DNA of 64,000 bases from Dehalococcoidia bacterium (GTDB lineage Bacteria; Chloroflexota; Dehalococcoidia; UBA2979). The position numbers and the translations under genes are program-made. How positions within the stretch are numbered: the first letter of the stretch is position 1; each line of letters starts with the position of its first letter. The stretch covers positions 63,914 through 127,913 of the forward strand of contig JAWLHV010000006.1 in the NCBI GenBank assembly GCA_041690175.1, written 5' to 3'. Below the pieces are notes generated by a model, which saw only the letters and a list, made by a program, of their open reading frames with translations, was not told where the DNA came from and searched no databases. Of the stretch, positions 1 to 8,971 are shown piece by piece.

Positions 1-285
1 CGGCGATGATACGGCTCATACGTATTTTGGCTGGCGGAGGGGCTTTCTACGATTCCCCGCGCTTGGTGGTCGAGGTGGGGCGACACGTCCAGGGGCGAAC
101 CTCAAGCCGGGGGGGCCGGTGGGGTTCGCTGTTGGTGTTGTCGCCCTCTCCCGTACGGAGGTCCCGGAGTACCCCACTCCGCAGGGTCACCCGGACGGCC
201 GGTTGCGCCGCAGTAGCCGGGGCCGCCAGGCAATCACGCAGCCACCCCGCGCGGACGCCGGGGATGGACCAGACGCGGAGGGAAC

Positions 286-2040
286 ATGGAAGCGAACTAC
301 TGGAGCAGCAGGCTCAGCCGCCGGACCCTGGTGCGCGGCGCGGCGCTGGGCGGGGCAGGCCTCGCCGGCGCGGCGCTCATCGGCTGCGGCAGCGACGAGG
401 ACCGCACGCCCGCTGCCACGGCCACGGCCTCCGCCACCACGGCGGCGACCGCCACGGGCACCCCGGACCCGCTGGCGGGCATCAAGACCGGCGGCACCTA
501 CCGGTACCATCAGACCGGCGACCCCACCACGATCGACCCGTTCGGGAACGCGTCGTTCACGGTCAAGGGCTACGCGGCCCACATCTACAGCCGCCTCTAC
601 AAGATCGCGGCGCGCGCGGACGCGAACCCCAACGCCGTCCCCAGTGAGCCAGACATCGCGGAGTCCGCGGAGACCTCAGACGGCCAGCACTGGGTGGTCA
701 AACTCAAGCAGGGCATCAAGTTCCAGAACGTCGCCCCCGTGAGCGGCCGCGAGGTCACCACGGACGACGTCCTGTTCTCCTGGGACCGTCTGACGGACGA
801 GTCCTCTGCCAACCGCGGGATGGTGTCCGACTTCGTGGGCGTGGAGGCGGTGGACGACTACACGCTGGAGTTCACGCTGAACGGCCCCAGCGCCACCTTC
901 CTGGACACGCTCTCAGACACGAACGTGCTGTTCGTGATGCCGCGCGAGGCTGACGGCGGGTTCAACCCGAAGGAGACCTCCATTGGCTCCGGGCCCTTCA
1001 TGCTGGACGAGTACCAGACGTCCGTGGCGGTGAAGTTCAAGAAGAACCCGGACTACTGGGACGCCCCTCGGCCGTACGTGGACGCCATTGAGCACGCGAT
1101 CATCCCGGAGTACGCGAACTCGCTGGCCCAGTACCAGGCCGGCAACCTGCACACCATTGAGCCGATCGCGGAAGACGTGCTGCCGCTGCGTGACCAGATC
1201 GCGGACGTCCAGTTCCGCGGCAACGTCAACATCAGCCTCTCGCACATCTACTTCTCCGGCGAGGACATGAGCCCGGACGCGCCCTGGCGCGACGAGCGCT
1301 TCCGGCAGGCGCTCTCCATGGCCATCAACCGGGATGAGATGACGGAGCTGCTCTACAACAACAAGGTGTTGGAGGACGCCGGCCTGGACGTCTCCAAGGC
1401 CTGGAACAGCGCGCCGGCGCCGGTGGGCTTCACCCGCTGGTGGCTGGACCCGCAGGGCCCGGAGCAGGGCCCGTCCGCGAAGTTCTTCGAGTACAACCCC
1501 ACGGAGGCGAAGGCTCTGCTGGCCGCCGCCGGCTTCGAGGGCATCGAGTTCCCGTTCATCTACACGAACAACCGCTACGGCGCCCGCTTCAACACGGGCA
1601 CGGAGGCGGTGATCGGCTGGATCGGCGAACTCGGCCTGAAGCCCAAGGTGGAGACCCAGGACTACAACGCGGTCTACATCACCCAGACCTTCGCCGGGAA
1701 CTTCCACGGCGTGGCGCTGGGGCCGGAGACGCCGTTCCCCGAGATCGGTGGCTGGATCAACCGGCTCTACGGGCCGGACCCGAACAACCACGGTCGCGTG
1801 AGCGACGACGTCATCACCGCCCTGAATGCCAAGCAGAAGGTGGAACTGGACGAGGAGAGCCGCCGCGGGTTCATCCACGACATCGTCCGGCGCAACTCCG
1901 AGATGATGTACTACATCCCCACGCAGTTGGGCGCGGGCACCATCTGGCGCACGTGGCAGCCGCCGGTGCGAGGGATCATCTGGACCCGTGGCTACGGCCG
2001 CGGTACGGAGGAACTGCCGTACGTCTGGCTCGACTCCTAG
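286..2040 (+). CDS. ABC transporter substrate-binding lipoprotein, family 5 (peptide/nickel-like), Tat-exported
   Basis: Twin-Arg signal SRRTLVRG, lipobox ALIGC, Thr/Ala-rich linker, SBP_bac_5-like segments (GDPTTIDP, TTDDVLFSWDRL, IGSGPFML, DERFRQALSMAINR); RBS GGAGG upstream. Confidence 0.9.
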   Translation: MEANYWSSRLSRRTLVRGAALGGAGLAGAALIGCGSDEDRTPAATATASATTAATATGTPDPLAGIKTGGTYRYHQTGDPTTIDPFGNASFTVKGYAAHIYSRLYKIAARADANPNAVPSEPDIAESAETSDGQHWVVKLKQGIKFQNVAPVSGREVTTDDVLFSWDRLTDESSANRGMVSDFVGVEAVDDYTLEFTLNGPSATFLDTLSDTNVLFVMPREADGGFNPKETSIGSGPFMLDEYQTSVAVKFKKNPDYWDAPRPYVDAIEHAIIPEYANSLAQYQAGNLHTIEPIAEDVLPLRDQIADVQFRGNVNISLSHIYFSGEDMSPDAPWRDERFRQALSMAINRDEMTELLYNNKVLEDAGLDVSKAWNSAPAPVGFTRWWLDPQGPEQGPSAKFFEYNPTEAKALLAAAGFEGIEFPFIYTNNRYGARFNTGTEAVIGWIGELGLKPKVETQDYNAVYITQTFAGNFHGVALGPETPFPEIGGWINRLYGPDPNNHGRVSDDVITALNAKQKVELDEESRRGFIHDIVRRNSEMMYYIPTQLGAGTIWRTWQPPVRGIIWTRGYGRGTEELPYVWLDS

Positions 2041-2119
2041 TCCCCGGCGACTCGGAGACGCGCCAGCCAGACGCTTGCCCGCCTGCTTCGCCCTCTGAGC
2101 GGCCGGGCGAGTACAACGA

Positions 2120-2147
2120 CAGGGAGCGGCCCCCGGGCCGCTCCCTG
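2120..2147. terminator. Hairpin between convergent genes, probable bidirectional terminator
   Basis: Perfect 12-bp stem CAGGGAGCGGCC / GGCCGCTCCCTG with a CCCG loop. Confidence 0.7.
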
Positions 2148-2178
2148 CTCTTCCCTGCCGGCTCAACCGCGGTCGGCC

Positions 2179-3738
2179 CTAGGGGCGCATCCCCCGGAAC
2201 CGAGGCCCCAGCGTGTGCGTCTCCAGGGCGCGGTATGCGTCGTGCGTCCACGCCACCAGCAGTGGGCGCGTGTCACGCGGGTCCACGATCTCCTCGATGT
2301 TGAAGGACTCTGCCGTGCGGAACGGCGAGCGCATCGCGTTGAACTTCGCCTCCAGTTCCTCGCGGTAGGCGTCCGGGTCCGCCGCAGCTTCGATGTCCCG
2401 GCGGTAGGCAGCCATCACGCCGCCCTCGATGGGGAGCGAGCCCCAATCGCCGGAGGGCCAGGCGATGCGGTAATTCCAGCGCCCGTGGTTCTGGTGCCCT
2501 GCGCCCGCCACGCCGTACGCGCGGCGGATGATTACGGACGCCCAAGGGACCTCCGCCTGGTAGACGGCGGACAGCGCGCGCACGCCGAACTTGATCGTCC
2601 CCGCCTCCTCCGCGGCCACGCCGATCATGAACCCGGGCTGGTCCACGAAGTTCACCACCGGCAGGTTGAAGGTGTCCGCCAGGTCCACGAACTTCGTCAT
2701 CTTCAGCGAGCCCTCGGCGTCCAGGGAGCCGCCCACGGCCATGGGGTCGTTCGCCAGGACGGCCACCGGGTAGCCGTCCAGCCGTCCCAGCATGGTGACC
2801 ACAGCGCGGCCGTAGTAGCGGCCAACCTCGAACAGCGAGCCCTGGTCGAAGACGTGGCCCAGCAGGGCGCGGATGTTGTGGGGGCGGCGGCGGTCACGGG
2901 GGATCGCTGAGAGCAGGGCCTCCTCGCGGCGGTCCGGCGCATCCTCCACGGGGCCGCGCGGCGGCAGGCGCCAGGCGTTGTCCGGCAGGTAGGACAGGAA
3001 CTGGCGGATCTGGTCGAAGGCGTCCGCCTCGTCTGCCGCCTCGTTGTCGCAGACGCCGGACTTGCGGGCGTGGATGCGGGCGCCGCCCAGGTCCTCCTTG
3101 TTCACCTTCACGCCGATGCCGCGCTCCACCACCGGCGGCCCGGCGGTGAACACCTGCCCGGTGCCCTTCACGATCACCGAGAAGTGGGAGGCGGCCACGC
3201 GCGCCGCGCCGATGCCGGCCACAGAGCCCATGGCGGCGGCCACCACCGGCACCTCCGCCATCATCGCCACCACGTGCTCCCAGTTGCCGTTGGCGGGCAC
3301 GTAGGTCCGGCCGATGTTGTCGATGGTGCGCACGGATCCGCCGCCACCGGTGCCGTCCACCAGGCGGATGATGGGGACGCGCATCTCGCGCGCCATGCGC
3401 TCCGCGTGCCCGCTCTTGCCGCCCACCGCGCCGTCCGCGGCGCCGCCCCGCACGGTGAAGTCGTCGCCACCCACCACCACGCGACGCCCGCCCACGGTGG
3501 CCAGGCCCATCACGTAGTTGCTGGGGATGAAGGACTTGAGTTCGTCGTCCTCGTACTCGGCCTTGCCGGCCAGCACGCCGCGCTCCTGGAAGGACCCGCC
3601 GTCCACCAGCGCCTGGATGCGCTCGCGGACGGTGAGTTTGCCCTGGGACTTGTGGCGCTCCACTCGCTCCTCGCCGCCGAGTTGGTAGGCGAGTTGGCGG
3701 CGGCGCTCGATCTCGTCGACTTCGGGCTGCCAGGTCAT
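2179..3738 (-). CDS. Acyl-CoA carboxylase carboxyltransferase subunit (PccB/AccD-like)
   Basis: GGEERVERHKSQGKLTVRERI, DDFTVRGG, GPPVVERGIG, LGGARIH, VNFVDQPGFMIG, IVDPRDTR motifs. Confidence 0.9.
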   Translation of the reverse strand: MTWQPEVDEIERRRQLAYQLGGEERVERHKSQGKLTVRERIQALVDGGSFQERGVLAGKAEYEDDELKSFIPSNYVMGLATVGGRRVVVGGDDFTVRGGAADGAVGGKSGHAERMAREMRVPIIRLVDGTGGGGSVRTIDNIGRTYVPANGNWEHVVAMMAEVPVVAAAMGSVAGIGAARVAASHFSVIVKGTGQVFTAGPPVVERGIGVKVNKEDLGGARIHARKSGVCDNEAADEADAFDQIRQFLSYLPDNAWRLPPRGPVEDAPDRREEALLSAIPRDRRRPHNIRALLGHVFDQGSLFEVGRYYGRAVVTMLGRLDGYPVAVLANDPMAVGGSLDAEGSLKMTKFVDLADTFNLPVVNFVDQPGFMIGVAAEEAGTIKFGVRALSAVYQAEVPWASVIIRRAYGVAGAGHQNHGRWNYRIAWPSGDWGSLPIEGGVMAAYRRDIEAAADPDAYREELEAKFNAMRSPFRTAESFNIEEIVDPRDTRPLLVAWTHDAYRALETHTLGPRFRGMRP

Positions 3739-3810
3739 GGTGCGCTCCCCTATGTGGTGTGCCTGAGGACGTAGCCCCTGACAGCGACACAGTCGGGGCG
3801 AGCCCGAAGC

Positions 3811-4422
3811 CTACGCCTTCTGAGGCTCCCGCCACATCAGCCAGACCGGCGGTCCGCCGCGCGGAAGTTCAATACGCTCCGTCACCCTGAACCCGTGTCG
3901 CTCATAGAGAGGCAGGTTCTTCTCCTTGCTGCTCTCCAGGTAGGCCGGCATCCCCTCGCGGTCCGCGCGTTCCAGGACGGGCGCCATGAGTTGCGAGCCG
4001 ATCCCGCGCCCCTGCATGTCCGGCTCCACGCCGATGCCCAGCAGGTAGTAGTGCGGTTCCTTGGGGTGCTTCTTCTCCTGTAGTTGAAACGTGCTCATGA
4101 CCAGGGGCAGCCGGGCAATCCCGGCCATCCTCACCAGGGACGGCAACAGTTTCAGATCATTCAGCACGCCGTGCGGAAGCCCGTTCGGGGGATTCCACAG
4201 CGCGGCTCCCTCGTATCCCTCGGTCACGTACGTCTCGCCGAAGGGGAAGGTCAACTTTCGGAGTCCCATGTCCATGATGGTGCGGATGCGGGCGGACCGC
4301 CGCGCGTCCTGCTTCACCAGGAAGTTCATCACCGGGTCGTCGTCAAAGGCCCGGCCCATCAGGTCCAGGACCCGCGTGAAGTCTGTGCGCTCGACTTTTC
4401 GAATCGCGATCGTCTGATCCAT
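3811..4422 (-). CDS. GNAT family N-acetyltransferase
   Basis: YYLLGIGVEPDMQGRGIGSQL (acetyl-CoA motif A), AYLESSKEKNLPLYERHGF; start taken at MDQTIAIR, not the longer ORF-track start. Confidence 0.88.
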   Translation of the reverse strand: MDQTIAIRKVERTDFTRVLDLMGRAFDDDPVMNFLVKQDARRSARIRTIMDMGLRKLTFPFGETYVTEGYEGAALWNPPNGLPHGVLNDLKLLPSLVRMAGIARLPLVMSTFQLQEKKHPKEPHYYLLGIGVEPDMQGRGIGSQLMAPVLERADREGMPAYLESSKEKNLPLYERHGFRVTERIELPRGGPPVWLMWREPQKA

Positions 4423-4457
4423 TGCCACCAGGATCCCCCCGAGGCCCCCATCACCTT

Positions 4458-4478
4458 TGTCATGGGCAGAATATGACA
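4458..4478. promoter_or_regulatory. Palindromic operator candidate TGTCAT-N9-ATGACA overlapping a TATTCT -10 element of the GNAT gene
   Basis: Perfect 6-bp inverted arms in the divergent GNAT / CoA-transferase intergenic region. Confidence 0.5.
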
Positions 4479-4622
4479 TCCCGCAATCGTTCAGTGAGTG
4501 CTCAGGGCCTGTGCACCCGGCCGCGGGCACGATATAGACCCGCCTCCCCGCGCCGCTTGCGATGCCTGCGCGCGCGGCGCACCATGCCGCCACCCGGCTG
4601 CCGAGGGCCGCGCGGAGGCCGC

Positions 4623-6959
4623 ATGCGCGTACTGGAGATCAGCGACACGGAGGAGGCAGCGTCGTTCGCCGGGCACCTCTTCGCGCGCTGGGGCGCGGAG
4701 GTCCTGCGCGTCGAGTCGCCCTCGAGGGCGCCCGTGCGGGAGGCGGCGGACATGGCCTGGCACGGCGGCAAGGGCCGCTGGCGCTGCGACTGGCGCTCCG
4801 CGGCCGGCCTCGACGCGCTGCGGGAGGCGGCGGGCGAGGCGGACATCGTCCTCGCGGACCTCCGGCCGCGCGACCTCGACGCCCTCGGCTTCGACGCGCT
4901 GGGCGGCGGTGGGCCGCGCGCGCGGGTGGCGATCACCCCCTTTGGCCGCATCGGGCCGTACCGCGACCACGAGGCGACCCGCACCACGCTGCTGGCCCTC
5001 GGCGGCTACACGCACCTCTCGGGAGACCCGGGGCGCGCTCCGCTGACCATGCCGGGCGCGTACCCGCACGCCCAGGCCGGGACGCTGGCCTACACCGCCG
5101 GGCTTGCGCTCGCCCTGCGAGGGGAGTCGGCGGCGACGGTGGACGTCAGCGTGTTCGAGACGCTGGCCACCCTGCATCAGTTCACGGACGTGATGTGGGC
5201 CGGGGGGCAGGTGCGCTCCCGCCACGGCAACCGCTGGGAGAACCTGGCCCCCACCACCATGCTTCCCTGCGCCGACGGCTGGGTGGCGATGAACATCCTC
5301 CAGCAGTTCTGGCCCTCCTTCGCCCTCTGGATCGGCGGTGGCCTGGCGGAGGACGAGCGCCTGGCGCTGAACGCCGGCCGCATGGCGCACCGAGACGAAC
5401 TCGAGGCGGCGGTCGCCCGCTACTTCGAGCCGCGCCGCGCGGTGGACCTGTTCCGGGAGGGGCAGGAGGTCTGGCGCGTGCCCGTCGGGTACGCGCAGTC
5501 GCTGGGGCAGGTGCTGGAGGACCCGCAACTGACCGGGCGCGGCTTCTGGCGCCCCGTGGAGGGGCCTGGCCGCCGCGTGCTGGTGCCTGGCTCCGCGTTC
5601 CAGTTCGCCGGTGAGCAGCCTCCCGAGGAGCGCGCGCCCTCTACGCCCTCGGAGGGGTTGCAGGCGCCGGCGTGGCGGAGCGCGCGGCGGGAAGTGCCTG
5701 CGGGGGATGCGCCGCCGCACCGTCCGTTGGAGGGCGTGCGCGTCCTGGACTTCACGCGCATCTGGTCCGGACCGCTGGCCACGCGCTTCCTCGCGGACCT
5801 AGGCGCCGAGGTGATCAAGGTGGAGGCCCCCAACGGCCGCGGCCCGGCCTCGGTGCCACCGGGGAGCCCGGGCTACTTCCCGGACGGCGACCCGGGAGAG
5901 CGGCCCTACAACCGCCAGGGGCTGACCAACAAGTTCAACCGCAACAAGCAGAGCCTGGCCGTGGACCTGAAGACGCCGGAAGGCGTGGAAGTGGTGCGCC
6001 GCCTGGTGGACCGCTCTGACGTGCTGGTGGAGAACTTCAGCGCGCGCGCCATGCCCTCCCTGGGGCTGGGGCACGAGGCGCTCCGCGAGCGCAACCCGCG
6101 CCTGGTGTACGTCGCCATGCCGGCGTTCGGCCTCGGCGGACCGTACCGCGACTACGTCGGGCTGGGGCCCAGCATCGAGCCGCTGTCGGGCCTCACGGCA
6201 CTCATGGGGTACGGCCCGGACGAGCCGCGGCTCACGGCCCAGGCGATCACGGACGCGGCCTCCGGCGTCACGGCCACCGCGGCCGTGCTCACCGCGCTCT
6301 GGCGCCGAGAGCAGACCGGCCGAGGCGCGCTCGTGGACCTCTCGCAGTCGGAGGCCATGGCGGCGTACCTCGCCCAGGAGGTGGTGGAGCGCCAGTTGTC
6401 CGGACGCGAGCCGGAGCGTCTCGGCAACGCCTCGGCGTACCATGCGCCGCAGGGCGTGTACCGCTGCGCTGGCGACGACGTGTGGCTCGCCCTGAGCGCG
6501 CCCTCCGAGGTGACGTGGGCCGCCCTGGCTGCCGTCGCCGGGCGCGGCTGGGACGTGGATCCGCGCTTCTCCACCGCCCGCGAACGCCTGGCGCACCGCG
6601 CCGCACTGGACGAGGCGATCGAGGCGTGGACGTGCGAGCAGGAGCGCGCGGCACTCGTGGCGCGGCTGCTCGGGGCCGGGGTGGCCGCCGCGCCCGTGAA
6701 CTCAGCCCCCGAGTGGCTGGCCGACCCGCACCTGCTGGCGGAGGGCTACTTCGCCACGCTCCACGCGCCGGACGTGGGCGATTACCGCACGGACGGCCTG
6801 CCGCTCCGCTTCGATGGGCACCGCGACTACTCGACGTGGCGCGGGGCCGTGGGGCTGGGGCAGGACAACGCCGCCGTGCTGCGCCTGGCCGGCTACAGCG
6901 ACGAGGAGGCTGCAGACCTGGCCGCGCGTGGCATCGTGACGGACCGGCCAACCGTGTGA
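4623..6959 (+). CDS. Class III CoA-transferase (CaiB/BaiF) with two fused domains
   Basis: Two RVL(E/D) starts (MRVLEISD, LEGVRVLDFTRIWSGP), NRNKQSLAVDLK, DVLVENFS; RBS GGAGG before ATG 4623. Confidence 0.9.
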   Translation: MRVLEISDTEEAASFAGHLFARWGAEVLRVESPSRAPVREAADMAWHGGKGRWRCDWRSAAGLDALREAAGEADIVLADLRPRDLDALGFDALGGGGPRARVAITPFGRIGPYRDHEATRTTLLALGGYTHLSGDPGRAPLTMPGAYPHAQAGTLAYTAGLALALRGESAATVDVSVFETLATLHQFTDVMWAGGQVRSRHGNRWENLAPTTMLPCADGWVAMNILQQFWPSFALWIGGGLAEDERLALNAGRMAHRDELEAAVARYFEPRRAVDLFREGQEVWRVPVGYAQSLGQVLEDPQLTGRGFWRPVEGPGRRVLVPGSAFQFAGEQPPEERAPSTPSEGLQAPAWRSARREVPAGDAPPHRPLEGVRVLDFTRIWSGPLATRFLADLGAEVIKVEAPNGRGPASVPPGSPGYFPDGDPGERPYNRQGLTNKFNRNKQSLAVDLKTPEGVEVVRRLVDRSDVLVENFSARAMPSLGLGHEALRERNPRLVYVAMPAFGLGGPYRDYVGLGPSIEPLSGLTALMGYGPDEPRLTAQAITDAASGVTATAAVLTALWRREQTGRGALVDLSQSEAMAAYLAQEVVERQLSGREPERLGNASAYHAPQGVYRCAGDDVWLALSAPSEVTWAALAAVAGRGWDVDPRFSTARERLAHRAALDEAIEAWTCEQERAALVARLLGAGVAAAPVNSAPEWLADPHLLAEGYFATLHAPDVGDYRTDGLPLRFDGHRDYSTWRGAVGLGQDNAAVLRLAGYSDEEAADLAARGIVTDRPTV

Positions 6960-6965
6960 GCGCTA

Positions 6966-6985
6966 GACTCCGGGCGACCGGAGTC
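6966..6985 (+). terminator. Hairpin after the CoA-transferase gene
   Basis: 8-bp stem GACTCCGG / CCGGAGTC with a GCGA tetraloop; no U-tract. Confidence 0.5.
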
Positions 6986-7027
6986 GACCAGGGCGCGATC
7001 GCTAGCGCCAGACGGTGGGGACGCAAG

Positions 7028-7429
7028 GTGACCGAAGCACACAAGCCGGCGGCAGAAGGCGGACGCGCTGCCGTGGGTGGATGCGCACCCGAAGCCCGCG
7101 CGTCAAACCTGAACCTCGCAGCGGGGGCTGTGGGACTCCTGTTGCCGGTGCTGGTGGTGTCGGGGCTGCTGCTTCTGGGTGCATCGCTCGGCGTCGCACT
7201 CGCGGCGCTCGCCGTGATCGCAGCGGCCGCCATCCTGCCCGCGAGGGCGTTGGTGGACGTCGTCGCGGAGCGCGTCCTCTGTCCGCAGGATCACTACTCG
7301 GGGAATGTCCACGACCGAGTGAGGTCCCGGGAGCACGATGTGGGCCGGTCCGTCCTGTGGTACCGATGTGCCGCCGGGCTGATGACCGCGACCGGAGCGC
7401 TGGTGCTCGTATTCCTGAGCGAGGCCTAA
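7028..7429 (+). CDS. Hypothetical membrane protein
   Basis: 3' part of ORF 6482..7429; hydrophobic stretches (GAVGLLLPVLVVSGLLLLGASLGVALAALAVIAAAAIL; GLMTATGALVLVFL); GTG start uncertain. Confidence 0.5.
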   Translation: MTEAHKPAAEGGRAAVGGCAPEARASNLNLAAGAVGLLLPVLVVSGLLLLGASLGVALAALAVIAAAAILPARALVDVVAERVLCPQDHYSGNVHDRVRSREHDVGRSVLWYRCAAGLMTATGALVLVFLSEA

Positions 7430-7442
7430 GCAGGAGCCGCAC

Positions 7443-7781
7443 ATGCCCAACACGAACTGTCCCCAGGGGCCGCACTGGTGTCCGGTGAAGCGCGATGACT
7501 GTGCCGACGCTGATGCCGCGCTAGGACATGACATCTGCGTGCTCGTACGCGCCGCCTACTCCGGTCCCACCATCCAGAAGGCGAAGGCCAAGACGGTCAC
7601 CGCCTGGGAGCAGACTGGTATCAGGCTCGGCTTCCGACAGGCGATGGAGGCTGTCCTTCTCGAGGAAGAGTCGTACGAGCTGGAGCCCTACCCGGCCCCT
7701 CAGATCGGACGGGAGCGGTTGCAGCGGCCTGGTATCCCGATGCCCCCTCCCGAGCCGCCCGAAGCAACTGCCGAGGAGTGA
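7443..7781 (+). CDS. Hypothetical protein with a Cys/His-rich N-terminus and Pro/Glu-rich tail
   Basis: AGGAG RBS upstream, fills the gap between genes, ordinary composition; no family recognised. Confidence 0.6.
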   Translation: MPNTNCPQGPHWCPVKRDDCADADAALGHDICVLVRAAYSGPTIQKAKAKTVTAWEQTGIRLGFRQAMEAVLLEEESYELEPYPAPQIGRERLQRPGIPMPPPEPPEATAEE

Positions 7782-7841
7782 CGCCCGCCGCCGCTTCCCA
7801 CGGGCCGCTACATTGTCGCGGCTGACCGGGGGGAGCACGGG

Positions 7842-8930
7842 ATGACGGATGCCATCGGGCGGCTCGTCGAGGAACTCGACACGCCGGCGCTGTGGGTGGA
7901 CCTGGACGCGCTGGACCACAACATCGCCACCATGGCGCGGCTGACGCGCGAGCACGGCGTGGACTGGCGCCCGCACGTGAAGGCCAGCAAGGCACCCGCC
8001 CTGGCGCGTCGCCTCATCGAGGGCGGCGCCGTGGGGATCACCTGCGCGAAGGTGGGCGAGGCGGAGGTGATGGCCGAGCACGGTGTCACGGACATCCTCA
8101 TCGCCAACGAGATCGTCGGAGACCTGAAGATCGCACGCCTGGTTGCCCTCGCGGGGCGCGCGACGCTCTGCGTGGCCGTGGACGACGAGCGCAACCTGCG
8201 GGCGCTCTCCGCTGCCGCCTCCAAGGCCGGCGTGAACATCGACGTGCTGGTGGACATCAACGTCGGCGCCAACCGCTGCGGCGTCACGCCGGAGGTTGCG
8301 CCGGCCCTCGCGCGGCTGGTGCTGGATCTGCCGGGCGTGAGCCTGCGCGGCCTGATGGGCTACGAGGGCCACGTGATGGGCATGCAGCCGGAGGACAAGG
8401 AGGCGGAGTCCGCGAAGGCCGCCGACGTCCTCCGCCAGGCCATCGCCGCGCTGGAGGCGGCCGGCACCACCCCGCGCGTGGTCAGCGGCGGGGGCACCGG
8501 CAACTACTGGATCGCCAGCGCGCTGGGCGCCCTCACGGAGTTGCAGGCTGGCGGCGGCGTGCTGATGGACCAGACCTACGGCGACCGCATGAAGGTCCCC
8601 GGTCACCGCCAGGCGCTCCACCTCACCGCGCAGGTCGTCTCTACCTCGGTGCCCGGGCGCGCCATCGCGGACGCGGGCTGGAAGGCCTCCGGGATGCACA
8701 CCGGCCTGCCGTTGGTCGTGTCGCCGGCGGGCCTGCAGGTGCGCGGGCTGAACGCCGAGCACACCATCCTGGAGCGCACGGACGAGACGCCCATCGAGCC
8801 GGGCCAGCGGGTGACGCTGGTGCCGCACTACTCCGACTCCACGGTGCTGTTGCACCGCCAGATGTACGCCGTCCGCAACGGACGGGTGGAAGAGGTGTGG
8901 CCCGTCGCTGCCGCCGGCATGCTCCAGTAG
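7842..8930 (+). CDS. Fold-type III PLP enzyme, DSD1 / D-threonine aldolase-like
   Basis: LDTPALWVDLDAL, RPHVK (PLP lysine), GLMGYEGH, SGGGTG, ELQAGG. Confidence 0.85.
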   Translation: MTDAIGRLVEELDTPALWVDLDALDHNIATMARLTREHGVDWRPHVKASKAPALARRLIEGGAVGITCAKVGEAEVMAEHGVTDILIANEIVGDLKIARLVALAGRATLCVAVDDERNLRALSAAASKAGVNIDVLVDINVGANRCGVTPEVAPALARLVLDLPGVSLRGLMGYEGHVMGMQPEDKEAESAKAADVLRQAIAALEAAGTTPRVVSGGGTGNYWIASALGALTELQAGGGVLMDQTYGDRMKVPGHRQALHLTAQVVSTSVPGRAIADAGWKASGMHTGLPLVVSPAGLQVRGLNAEHTILERTDETPIEPGQRVTLVPHYSDSTVLLHRQMYAVRNGRVEEVWPVAAAGMLQ

Positions 8931-8971
8931 CCGCCACCGGCGTGCGGGCCCTCCCGGGGGAGGGACTGGCC

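Noticed and set aside
14-75. CTCATA...TTTCTAC resembling a purine riboswitch
   Set aside because: No convincing P2 stem, no CCGTAAA-like L3 and no GAC/TTA P1 closure; better explained as a promoter region
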